DNA of 64,000 nt from positions 1,344,001 through 1,408,000 of the forward strand of contig OZ241907.1 in NCBI GenBank assembly GCA_965203515.1, written 5' to 3'. This DNA comes from Spirochaetia bacterium (lineage in GTDB: Bacteria; Spirochaetota; Spirochaetia; SZUA-6; Bin103). Positions 9,678-18,664 of the stretch are shown here, piece after piece. The notes beneath the pieces were generated by a model, which had not been told where the DNA came from, ran no database searches, and saw only the letters and a list, made by a program, of their open reading frames with translations. Every line of letters starts with the position of its first letter. Positions within the stretch are counted from its first letter, which is position 1. The position numbers and the translations under genes were made by a program.

Positions 9678-11126
9678 ATGAAGGCCGCCGCGGGCCGGCG
9701 GCGCGTGGTGGTGGTCGGCGGCGGCATCACCGGCTTGGCCGCTGCCTGGTACCTGCTGCGCGCCGCGGCAGCCAGGCCGGGCTTCGAGGTGGTGGCGTTG
9801 GAGGCCGATCGGCGCGCCGGCGGCAAGCTGCGCACCGAACGCCGGGACGGCTTCCTGATCGAGGCGGGGCCCGATTCGTTCCTGACCGGCAAGCCCGCCG
9901 CCGTCGATCTGTGCCGGGAGCTGGGATTGACCGGAGCGCTCATCCCGCAGCGGCAGCCGCGCAGCGCCAGCGTGCTGCGCCGCGGTCGGCTGGTGCCGAT
10001 CCCGCCCGGCCTGCGCCTGGTGCACCCCACCCGGCCGTGGGCGCTGCTCCGCTCGCCGCTGTTGTCTCCGGCCGGGCGGCTGCGCGCCCTGGCGCACCCG
10101 TTGGTGCCGCGGCGCGCGGATGCCGGTGACGAAAGCGTCGGCGCCTACGTCCGGCGCCGCTATGGGCGGGAGATGCTGCGGGTGCTCGGCGAGCCGCTGC
10201 TGGCCGGCATCCATCTGGCGGACCCGTGGCAGCTCAGCCTGACCGCCACCTTTCCGGGACTGCGAACGCCGCACCGGCGCGGCGGGAATGGCGGGACGGC
10301 CGCCGGTGCACGCGGGCCGGCGGACGTCCCGCACCTGCGCGGCAGCCCGTTTGCCAGCCTGAGCGGAGGGATGGAGCAGCTCGTCGACGCGCTCGGCGCC
10401 CGCCTGGGACGCGCGCTGCGCACCGGCGCGGCGGTCACCGCCATCGCGCCGGCACCGGCGGGCTACCGGGTGCGGCTGGACGGACCGGCCGGCGGCGCGG
10501 AGCTGGACGCCGCCGCGGTGGTGGTGACGACGCCGGCGGCGGTCGCCGCACGGCTGGCCGCCCGCCTCAACCCGCCGCTGGCGCAACGCCTTGCCGCCGC
10601 CGAGGCGACCACGTCCGCCGTGGTGACGCTGGGGTACGCCGGCATCGGCGGCGGCTTCCCGGCGTCCGGCTCCGGCTTTCCGGCGGCCGGTTCCGGCTTC
10701 CTGGTGCCGCGCGGCGAAGGATGCCGGCTGCTGGCCTGCACGTGGAGTTCCGCCAAGTGGCCGGGACGAGCGCCGGCCGGCGGCCTGCTGCTGCGCGCCT
10801 TCATCGGCGGTTGGCGCCATCCGCACCTGCCGGACCGCACCGACGACGAGCTGCTGGCCCTGGTGCAGGACGAGCTGGCCCACATCCCCGGCTTCGCCTT
10901 CATCCGCGCCGGCGCGCCGGCCGTGCGCCGCGTGCAGCGTTGGCCGGACGGCACCCCGCTCTACCGCGTCGGCCACCGCGAGTGGCTCGCCGGGGTCCGC
11001 TCAGCGTGCTCCGCCACGCCCGGCGTGTGGTTGGCCGGCGCGCCCTATGACGGCGTTGGAATCCCCGACTGCATCCGCTCAGCGCGTGCCGCGGCCGACG
11101 CCGCAACCGCCTACCTGCGCCGCTGA
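9678..11126 (+). CDS. hemY: HemY-type protoporphyrinogen/coproporphyrinogen oxidase
   Basis: GGGITGL FAD motif, EAGPDSFL, EPLLAGI, GFLVP, TWSSAKWP, GVGIPDCI. Confidence 0.92.
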   Translation: MKAAAGRRRVVVVGGGITGLAAAWYLLRAAAARPGFEVVALEADRRAGGKLRTERRDGFLIEAGPDSFLTGKPAAVDLCRELGLTGALIPQRQPRSASVLRRGRLVPIPPGLRLVHPTRPWALLRSPLLSPAGRLRALAHPLVPRRADAGDESVGAYVRRRYGREMLRVLGEPLLAGIHLADPWQLSLTATFPGLRTPHRRGGNGGTAAGARGPADVPHLRGSPFASLSGGMEQLVDALGARLGRALRTGAAVTAIAPAPAGYRVRLDGPAGGAELDAAAVVVTTPAAVAARLAARLNPPLAQRLAAAEATTSAVVTLGYAGIGGGFPASGSGFPAAGSGFLVPRGEGCRLLACTWSSAKWPGRAPAGGLLLRAFIGGWRHPHLPDRTDDELLALVQDELAHIPGFAFIRAGAPAVRRVQRWPDGTPLYRVGHREWLAGVRSACSATPGVWLAGAPYDGVGIPDCIRSARAAADAATAYLRR

Positions 11127-11181
11127 CGGCAGCGGCCGCGCGCCATCTCCGCGGCCTTCGCGACCGGCTACTGACGAGAAA

Positions 11182-11278
11182 GACGGCCTCGGCTCGCGGC
11201 GCCGCTTCGGCAGCGAAGCAAGAGGCCCGATCGGACAGCGCCGCTCCTTCGGCGGCGAAGGTATCGGCTCAGGCGGCG
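11182..11278 (+). repeat. 97-bp direct repeat, copy 1
   Basis: Matches 12300..12396 at 93/97 positions by manual alignment. Confidence 0.95.
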
Positions 11279-11618
11279 CTTCGCTACCAGCGCTGCGGTG
11301 TCGCTGTTGACATTATTCCCCGCCGGTCGTGGAGCTGGTCACCAGCGCGGCGGTCGCCTTGCTGGGCCGTCTGGATGATGGTTGACGATCATGCTCAGAA
11401 GTTGGCGGTAGTCCGCCTGGTCAGCGAGCGCTGCCAAGAGCTTGAAACGCCGTCCCCGTTCGGTCGGACCGATAGATTGGATTCTTCCTGCTTGTCCATT
11501 GGGGGACGGTATCATCACTCCCTACCCTCGTCGGCATACGGATCGACGGGTCCGTCGCCTGGCTGCGGCGACCGGGCGCTGATCAGGCGCGCGCGGAGGA
11601 CGTCGGACCCGACCAGGG

Positions 11619-11894
11619 TTAGATCACTCCATCTTCGGTATACGGGTCGACGGGCTCCTTGCCGACCCGCAGCTTCTCGTCGACCGGGTACCACTTGCCG
11701 TCTTCTCCCCGGGTATACTTGCGGCCGTTGATCGTTTCCACTACCAGGTCCGTGACCGGCTCCCACGTGCCGTCTTCGCGCTTGCGAAGTATGGCGCCGC
11801 CGTCGACCACTTTCATGACCGCCCGTCCCTGCAGGCGGTCTGCAGGCCGGCCGGACCAATCGGTATCTACGCGCTCGGCGTCTTCGTTACCCAT
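11619..11894 (-). CDS. Small hypothetical protein with an internal EDGxWxPV repeat
   Basis: 91-aa ORF with protein-like composition; RKREDGTWEPV and TRGEDGKWYPV. Confidence 0.45.
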   Translation of the reverse strand: MGNEDAERVDTDWSGRPADRLQGRAVMKVVDGGAILRKREDGTWEPVTDLVVETINGRKYTRGEDGKWYPVDEKLRVGKEPVDPYTEDGVI

Positions 11895-12032
11895 CCCTGA
11901 TCGACCATGAGCCTATCGAACGCGGCCGCGATCGGCAAGAAGTCGTCATGGGTCCATGCCGCGAGATGCCCGGGTGTAGTAGTCGTCCCGCTCGCTTCTG
12001 TCGAGTTTTCGCCGGGAATCGTTGCGGATAAC

Positions 12033-12061
12033 TTGACTCAACTACTTTACATTATTATACT
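12033..12061 (+). promoter_or_regulatory. Sigma70-type promoter
   Basis: TTGACT-17 nt-TATACT, with ATG at 12068 six nt downstream. Confidence 0.8.
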
Positions 12062-12067
12062 TATGCC

Positions 12068-12575
12068 ATGAACGACAGTCGTTCCGACACGGCCGACACA
12101 GCCATCACGACCACCGTTTCCGCCCTCTCCGACGACCGCCTGATAGCGCGGATCCACACATGACGTTAGGTCAGATCATGGGGCGGCTGGTGCAGGAAGG
12201 GCTCGACCGCCACGACCCGGCCCGGCCGCCGCGCGGGCGGCGCACCGGCTCTCGCGCGGCCCGCGCGGCAGGCGCCGAGCAGACTTCGGCGGCGAAGATG
12301 ACGGCCTCGGCTCGCGGCGCAACTTCGGCAGCGAAGCAGGAGGCCCGATCGGACAGCGCCGCTCCTTCGGCGGCGAGGGTATCGGCTCAGGCGGCGGAGT
12401 CGGTAGACGAAGCCGCGCCACTGCAGGCGGACCGCATCCCAGACCGCCCGGACACTTCGGCGGCGACGCGGCGCCTCGGCCGGCAGGAGGCTGCGGCGTG
12501 CGCGAAGCCGGCGCCGCCGCGGGCCCAAAACTTCGGCGGCGAAGGCGGGCGGCGGCAGGAGTTCAGCGGCCGCCG
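12068..12575 (+). pseudogene. Internally deleted remnant of a DUF222/HNH-endonuclease-like gene
   Basis: MNDSRSDTADTAITTTVSALSDDRLIARIHT* then, in another frame, DPHMTLGQIMGRLVQEGLDRHDPARPPRGRR and TSAAK-type repeats; no HNH motif remains; family call from recall only; 3' end approximate. Confidence 0.5.
12300..12396 (+). repeat. 97-bp direct repeat, copy 2
   Basis: Matches 11182..11278. Confidence 0.95.
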
Positions 12576-12578
12576 CGC

Positions 12579-13165
12579 TCAGGGGCAGCGCTTCCCCGGC
12601 ACTGCGTTGCGGGCGGTCGCGCGGTGGCGCCGGTACCACTGCACCGTATGCGCCAAGCCGGCCCGCAACGAGGTCCGGGGAGAAAATCCCAGCTCCTTGC
12701 GCGCCCGGGAAATGTCGAACCTGCGCCGGGCCTGGCCGGCGGGCCGACTGCGGTCCCACACGATCGCGCCGCGGTAGCCGGTGATCTCCCGCAGCAGCTC
12801 CACCACTTCGCGAATGCTGGTTTCGGCGCCGGAGGAAAGGTTCAGCAGCGCGGGCCGGTCGTACCGCTCGGCGGCGCGAATCATGCCCTGCGCCACGTCG
12901 CCGACGAACACGAAGTCACGCTGCGGCGCGCCGCTGCCCCAGACGGTCACCGAGGGCAGGGCGTCGTCCGCCGCCGCCACGAACTTGCGCACCAGAGCCG
13001 GCACCACGTGCGCCGCCTCCAGGTCGAAGTTGTCGTGCGGGCCGTAGATGTTGCCCGGCAGCGCCACCACGATCGGGAACCGGTACTGGCGCCAGTAGGC
13101 GAGCGACTGCACATGCAGCATGCGCTTCGCCAGTGAGTAGGGCGCGCTTTCGTCTTGCGGAAACC
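12579..13165 (-). pseudogene. 5'-truncated GDP-L-fucose synthase-like NAD-dependent epimerase
   Basis: PYSLAK (YxxxK), PGNIYGPHDNFD...HVVPALVRKF, VWGSG.PQRDF; no N-terminal Rossmann GxxGxxG; 5' end approximate. Confidence 0.8.
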
Positions 13166-13230
13166 CTGCCAAGGCTGGTTTCCGGGCGCCTGCGAGCAAC
13201 CGGACAGGTAGGTCGGTAAACGGCACTGGC

Positions 13231-14532
13231 CTAGCGGTGGAATGCCGGCAGCAACGGCGCCTGCGCCTCCAGCATCTCGTCGCAGACCCGCCAGATGTCG
13301 TCCAGGGTGAGGGCGGCGGCGGTGTGCGGGTCGAGCATGGCGGCGTGATAGACCGCCTCACGCCGGCGTGACTCGGCCGCCTCCACGGCGGCGAGCTGCA
13401 CGGCGACGTTGCTGCCGACGATCCCGGCCAGCACGGTCGGCAGGCGGCCGAACTTCACCGGCGCCAGGCCGGCGCCGTCGACATGGCAGGCGACCTCCAC
13501 GCAGGCGTCCGCCGGCAGGTTGTCGATCAGGCCGCGGTTGAGCACGTTGCCGTGGATGGTCGCCGGCGCTCCGGTCTCGATCGCCTCGATGATGATCGAT
13601 CCGTACTCGTGGCTCATCGGCTGTATCTCCACGCCGTGGTCGGGATCGGAGAACTCGCGCCGCTGCCGCTCCCAGGCCGCCACCTGCCGATCGCGGCGGC
13701 GCAGCAGCTCGTTCAGCGGCACGCGGTACCGGTCGACGACCTGGCCGCCGTGGTGGATGAAGTACGGCGTGTACTCGGCCTGGTGCTCGGAACTCTCGGT
13801 GACGAAGTAACCGGTGCGCCGCAGCATCTCGAAGCGCACGGTGCGGCCCAGCCCGTCCGGGTCGTCGCGGAGGCGTTCGAACAGCACCGGGTAGAGGTCG
13901 CGGCCGCCGGCGCGGAACTCGGTATAGAACGCCATGTGATTGATGCCGGCGCACCGGAAGCGGACCTCCGCCTCCGGGACGCCGGCGATGCCGGCGAGCT
14001 TGGCCGCGGTCCCCTGCACGCTGTGGCACAGGCCGACCGCCGGGATGGCGCGGGCGCGCAGCACCGCCAGCATGTTCATCGCCATCGGGTTGGTGTAGTT
14101 GAGCAGCAGGCAGCGCGGCGCGCCGATCGAGGCGATGTTCTCCGCCAGCTCCATCATCACCGGATAGGTGCGCAACGCGCGGAAGATGCCGCCGATCCCC
14201 AGCGTGTCGGCGATCGTCTGGCGCAGACCGTAACGGGCGGGGATGTCGAAGTCCTGACGGATCGTCTCGGTATCGCCGACCTGCACGCAGCAGATCACGT
14301 AGTCGGCGTCCCGGATCGCCTCGCGCTGATCGCCGGTGGTGCGCACGGCCGCCGGCTTGTCGAGAGCGCGCGCGGTCTTCTCGGCGGCGATGCCGGCGAT
14401 CCGCAGCCGCTCCGGGTCGATGTCCATCAGACGGAACTCCGGCGCGCCGATGCCGTCGCGCTGCAGGATGTCGCTGATGAGCTTCTGCGCGAAGACGACG
14501 CTGCCGGCGCCGATCAGGGCGATGTTGGGCAT
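13231..14532 (-). CDS. Family 4 glycoside hydrolase (alpha-galactosidase/glucosidase, MelA-like)
   Basis: IGAGSVVF, QTIADTLGIGGIFRALRT, NYTNPM, GLCHSVQ, GINHM, TESSEH. Confidence 0.93.
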   Translation of the reverse strand: MPNIALIGAGSVVFAQKLISDILQRDGIGAPEFRLMDIDPERLRIAGIAAEKTARALDKPAAVRTTGDQREAIRDADYVICCVQVGDTETIRQDFDIPARYGLRQTIADTLGIGGIFRALRTYPVMMELAENIASIGAPRCLLLNYTNPMAMNMLAVLRARAIPAVGLCHSVQGTAAKLAGIAGVPEAEVRFRCAGINHMAFYTEFRAGGRDLYPVLFERLRDDPDGLGRTVRFEMLRRTGYFVTESSEHQAEYTPYFIHHGGQVVDRYRVPLNELLRRRDRQVAAWERQRREFSDPDHGVEIQPMSHEYGSIIIEAIETGAPATIHGNVLNRGLIDNLPADACVEVACHVDGAGLAPVKFGRLPTVLAGIVGSNVAVQLAAVEAAESRRREAVYHAAMLDPHTAAALTLDDIWRVCDEMLEAQAPLLPAFHR

Positions 14533-14542
14533 GGCGCGCAGT

Positions 14543-16291
14543 CTATCCGCTTCCGACGGTTCCGTCCGGGGCGGCCGCCGCGCCGTCGACGGTCATCAGG
14601 TCGAGGTCCGCGCCCCGGTCGGCCTGCAGGACGTGTCGGGCATGGATGCGCGCCCAGCCGCGCGCCGGCAGCGGGCGCGGCTGCAGTCGACGGTGGCGGC
14701 GGGCGAGTTCTTCCGGGTCCACCCGCAGATCGATGGCGCCCCGCGATACCGAGAGCCGGATCGGGTCGCCGTCGCGGACCAGCGCCAGCGGACCGCCGAC
14801 CGCCGCTTCGGGCGCGCAGTGCAGGACGACGGTGCCGTACGCGGTGCCGCTCATGCGGGCGTCCGACACGCGCACCATGTCGGTGACCCCGCGTTCGGCG
14901 AGCTTGCGGGGAATCGGCAGCGAGCCGGCTTCCGGCATGCCGGCCGCCACCGGCCCGGCGTTGCGGAGCACCAGCACGTGCCGAGGCCCGACCTCCAGGC
15001 CGGGGTCGTCGATCCGCGCCGCCGCGTCGGCCGGCGAGTCGAACACCACCGCCGGGCCCTGGTGCTCGCACAGCTCCGGGGTCGCCGCCGCGCTCTTGAT
15101 GATCGCGCCGTCGGGAGCGAGCGAGCCGCGCAGCACGGCGAGCGATCCGGCGCCGCCAAGCGGCCGGTCCAAGGTTCGGATCACCGATTGCCACGGCCCC
15201 GGCGGTGCTGCGCGCGCCAGGCGTTCGCGCAGCGTGCGCCCCTCGACGTCGATCGGCTCCGGGTGCAGCAGCGGCTCCAGCGCCTTCAGCACGGCCGGGA
15301 GTCCGCCCGCTTCGTGAAGATCCTCCATGTACCGCGAACCGGACGGCTTGCAGTCGACCAGCAGCGGAACCCGGTCGGAAGCCGCCCGCAAGTCGTCCAA
15401 CGACAGTTCGACGCCGGCCCGGCGTGCGATCGCCGTCAGGTGGATGATCGTGTTGGTCGAGCCGCCCACGGCGATCAGGACCGCAAGCGCGTTCTCGAAC
15501 GCCGGCCGCGTCAGGATCCGGTCGGGGGCGATCGGTTCCCGCGCCAGCAGCGCGGCCCGCCGGCCCGAGGCGACCGCGTTGCGGAGCTGGTCCGCGCTCC
15601 CGGAGGTCGGGGACGCGCCGCCGGGGAGCATGAGGCCCAGCGTCTCGGCGACGCAGGCGATGGTGGAGGCGGACCCCATCACCATGCAGGTGCCGGGGGT
15701 GGAGCAGAGTTGCCGCTGCACCTGCCGGAGCTCCGCCTCCCCGATCCGGCCCTCGCGAAAGCCCGCGTAGTAGCGGCGGCAGTCGGTGCAGGCGCCGACG
15801 CGTTCGCCGCGCCACGCTCCGGTCCGCATGGCGCCGGTCACGCAGACGACCGCCGGCACGTTCGCGGAGGCCGCCGCCATGAGCTGCGCGGGAACGGTCT
15901 TGTCGCAGCCGCCCAGCAGCACCACGGCGTCCATCGGCTGCGCGCGGATCATCTCCTCGGTTTCCATGGCCAGAAGATTCCGGTACAACATGGTCGTGGG
16001 CGAGAACAGGATCTCGTTGAGGGAGATCGTGGGGAAGACCAGCGGAAGCCCGCCGGCCTGCAGGACGCCGCGCTTCACCGCCTCGACCAGCGCCGGCATG
16101 TGGGCGTGACAGGTGTTGTAGTCGCTCGACGTATCGGCTATGCCGACCACCGGACGCTCCAGGTCCGCGCTGTCGAACCCCTGCGACGCCAGGAAGGCGC
16201 GGCGTATGAAGCGACTGAAGGCGGGGTCGCCGTAGCTGGTGAGGCTGCGGTCGATGCCGGTCGGCTCGTCCGCCCTGACTGCGCGTATCAT
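14543..16291 (-). CDS. IlvD/Edd-family dehydratase (probably sugar-acid dehydratase)
   Basis: NTCH, GGCDKT.PA, GTCMVMG, GGSTN, GMPEAG, SDARMSGT, H.APEAAVGG. Confidence 0.92.
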   Translation of the reverse strand: MIRAVRADEPTGIDRSLTSYGDPAFSRFIRRAFLASQGFDSADLERPVVGIADTSSDYNTCHAHMPALVEAVKRGVLQAGGLPLVFPTISLNEILFSPTTMLYRNLLAMETEEMIRAQPMDAVVLLGGCDKTVPAQLMAAASANVPAVVCVTGAMRTGAWRGERVGACTDCRRYYAGFREGRIGEAELRQVQRQLCSTPGTCMVMGSASTIACVAETLGLMLPGGASPTSGSADQLRNAVASGRRAALLAREPIAPDRILTRPAFENALAVLIAVGGSTNTIIHLTAIARRAGVELSLDDLRAASDRVPLLVDCKPSGSRYMEDLHEAGGLPAVLKALEPLLHPEPIDVEGRTLRERLARAAPPGPWQSVIRTLDRPLGGAGSLAVLRGSLAPDGAIIKSAAATPELCEHQGPAVVFDSPADAAARIDDPGLEVGPRHVLVLRNAGPVAAGMPEAGSLPIPRKLAERGVTDMVRVSDARMSGTAYGTVVLHCAPEAAVGGPLALVRDGDPIRLSVSRGAIDLRVDPEELARRHRRLQPRPLPARGWARIHARHVLQADRGADLDLMTVDGAAAAPDGTVGSG

Positions 16292-16392
16292 GCCGGCGCC
16301 GGCGGCTCGATCGACCGGGAGTCTCCGCGCACGGCATCATGCTATCCACCCATGACGCTGCCTGGCAAAGAGACCGACCGGACACCGACCGC

Positions 16393-17550
16393 ATGAACTA
16401 CTCGGAACCCAGCTTCACGTTCGGCATCGAGGAGGAGTACCTCCTCATCGACCGCGCCTCCCGCGATCTGGCCGCCGACCCGCGCCCCGAGATGATGGAG
16501 GCGTGCCGCGCCGCGCTCGGCAGCTCGGTCGGCCCGGAGTTCCTGCGCTCGCAGATCGAGGTCGCCACCGGGGTCTGCAGTGACCCGGGCGAGGCGCGCC
16601 GGCAACTGGCCGACCTGCGCGGCACCGTCGATCGGATCGTCGGCCGCTTCGACTGCGCGCTGGTCGCCGCCGCCACCCATCCGTTCGGGAGGTGGCAGCA
16701 GCAGAAGCCGACCGCGGCCGCCCGCTACGCGCAGATCGCGGAGGACCTGCGGCTGGTCGCGCGCCGGCTGCTCACCTGCGGCATGCACGTGCACGTCGGC
16801 ATCGAAGACCCCGAGCTGCGCATCGATCTGATGAATCAGGCGGCGTACTTCCTCCCCCACCTGCTGGCGCTGTCGTCCTCGTCGCCGTACTGGGAAGGAG
16901 CGGATACGGGGCTGATGTCCTATCGGCTCTCGGTCCTGGACGAGCTGCCGCGCTCGGGGCTGCCGGACCCGTTTCGGAGCGCTGCGGAGTACGACCGGAC
17001 GGTCGCCGCCCTGGTCGCCGCCGGCCTGATCGAGGACGCGACCAAGCTGTGGTGGGACATCCGCCCCAGCGCGCGCTTTCCCACGCTGGAGATGCGGGTC
17101 ACCGACGTCTGCACGCGGCTGGAGGACGCCCTCTGCATCGCCGCGCTGTTCCGCTGCCTGTGCCGGATGCTCTTCCGCCTGCGGCGCAACAACCAGAGCT
17201 GGCGCGTCTATTCCCGCCTGCTGGTCAATGAGAATCGATGGCGCGCCCAGCGGTACGGGAGCGATGCGGGCCTGGTCGACTTCGGCCTGGGCGAGGTGGT
17301 TCCCTACGACGAGCTGTTGTCCGAGCTGCTCGACCTGGTGGGCGAAGACGCCGCCCACTTCGACTGCGCGCAGGAGGTCGAGCGGGCGCGCGGCATCCTG
17401 GCCGAAGGGACCAGCGCCCATCGCCAGCGGGCGATCGCCCACCGCCATGGGGCGACCGGCAGCGAAGCGCAGGAGGCCGGGGCCGACTCCGCCGCCGCGC
17501 TGCGGACGGTCGTCGACTGGCTGGCCGAGCAGACGGTCGCCGGCACCTGA
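16393..17550 (+). CDS. Carboxylate-amine ligase (GCS2/YbdK family)
   Basis: FGIEEEYLL, SQIEVAT, CGMHVHVG, WWDIRPS..FPTLEMR, ENRWRAQRYG. Confidence 0.92.
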   Translation: MNYSEPSFTFGIEEEYLLIDRASRDLAADPRPEMMEACRAALGSSVGPEFLRSQIEVATGVCSDPGEARRQLADLRGTVDRIVGRFDCALVAAATHPFGRWQQQKPTAAARYAQIAEDLRLVARRLLTCGMHVHVGIEDPELRIDLMNQAAYFLPHLLALSSSSPYWEGADTGLMSYRLSVLDELPRSGLPDPFRSAAEYDRTVAALVAAGLIEDATKLWWDIRPSARFPTLEMRVTDVCTRLEDALCIAALFRCLCRMLFRLRRNNQSWRVYSRLLVNENRWRAQRYGSDAGLVDFGLGEVVPYDELLSELLDLVGEDAAHFDCAQEVERARGILAEGTSAHRQRAIAHRHGATGSEAQEAGADSAAALRTVVDWLAEQTVAGT

Positions 17551-17578
17551 TCCGGCCGCCGCCGGACCGCCGCTCAAC

Positions 17579-18658
17579 TCAAGCCGGGACGGTCTCCGGC
17601 GGCGTCACGCCCAGCGTCCGCGCGAGCTGCGCGGTGCGGTCCCAGGTCGATGCTTCGATCGCGACCGCTTCGCCGCGCTCCGCCTCCGCGCGGGCCTCGG
17701 GCTCGCCCGGGTAGAGGATCTCGTCATGGCCGGCCATCAGCCGTGACGACTTCACGTGCGGGATGAGCGCAGTCAGCTCCGCGCGGTAGAAGTCCTCGCC
17801 ACAGAACGCGGCCGGGTCCAGGAACAGCGCCAGGAACCCGTTCGCTACCCGATCGACGCCGGTCGTGCTGCATCCGGCGCCGGTCAGCGCCCCGGCCAGC
17901 ACCTCGCAGAACATCGCCAGACCGTAGCCCTTGTGTCCGCCGAACGGCAGCAGCGCGCCCGGCGGATCGGCGTCGTACGCGTTCGGGTCGGTCGACGGCC
18001 GGCCGCCGGCGTCGACCAGATGGCCGGGCGGCAGCGGCTCCCCCCGAGCGATGGCGACCTTCACCTTGCCGGCCGCGATCGAGGAGGTGGCGATGTCCAT
18101 CATCATCGGCGGTCGGTCCGGCAGCGGCGCGCCGGCGGCCAGCGGATTGGCCGACAGGCGGCGCTCGCAGCCGCCGTGCGGGGCGGTGACCAGACCGCCG
18201 CCGTGCGTGTTGGTGAACGAGAAGCAGACCAGCCCCTCCTCGGCCGCCTGCTCCATGAACTCGCCGATGCGCCCCAGGTGCGCCGCGCGGCTGATCGTCA
18301 GCACGCAGTGCCCGCCGTCGCGCGCACTCTCGATCGCCCAGTCGGTGGCGGTCCGGCCGATGTACTGGCCGAACCCGAAGTTGCCGTCGACCTGCACGAC
18401 GTGCGGCTCATCGACCACGCACTCAGCCTCCGCCGCGGGGTCGATCCAGCCCCGGTCGATCCAGTCGCAGTACTGAGCCGCGCGGATGAAGCCGTGCGAG
18501 TCGTGGCCGCGGCAGTTGGCGAGCACCAGCGAATCCGCCACGATCGCGGCGATGTGGAACGGCGCGCCCTTGGCGTGCAAGAGGCGAGTGACGTACTCGT
18601 GCAGAGGCCGGACCGCGACGGAGACCATTGCGCCGGAGGACATTGCGCCGGAGGACAT
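17579..18658 (-). CDS. Ldh_2 (malate/L-lactate dehydrogenase type 2) family oxidoreductase
   Basis: GHDSHG, VDGNFGFGQ, HLGRIG, ANPL, DIATS, LLPFGGHKGYGL; start could be 18628, 18643 or 18658. Confidence 0.9.
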   Translation of the reverse strand: MSSGAMSSGAMVSVAVRPLHEYVTRLLHAKGAPFHIAAIVADSLVLANCRGHDSHGFIRAAQYCDWIDRGWIDPAAEAECVVDEPHVVQVDGNFGFGQYIGRTATDWAIESARDGGHCVLTISRAAHLGRIGEFMEQAAEEGLVCFSFTNTHGGGLVTAPHGGCERRLSANPLAAGAPLPDRPPMMMDIATSSIAAGKVKVAIARGEPLPPGHLVDAGGRPSTDPNAYDADPPGALLPFGGHKGYGLAMFCEVLAGALTGAGCSTTGVDRVANGFLALFLDPAAFCGEDFYRAELTALIPHVKSSRLMAGHDEILYPGEPEARAEAERGEAVAIEASTWDRTAQLARTLGVTPPETVPA

Positions 18659-18661
18659 TGC
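18626..18661. repeat. 15-bp tandem repeat (2.4 copies)
   Basis: CATTGCGCCGGAGGA x2 + CATTGC. Confidence 0.9.
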
Positions 18662-18664
18662 CGC

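Noticed and set aside
11307..11335. TTGACA as a promoter
   Set aside because: No acceptable -10 element at 16-18 nt
11205..12545. Calling the CTTCGGCGGCGAAG motif a CRISPR array
   Set aside because: The repeat is only 14 bp, irregularly spaced and mostly in one coding frame; kept only as a finding
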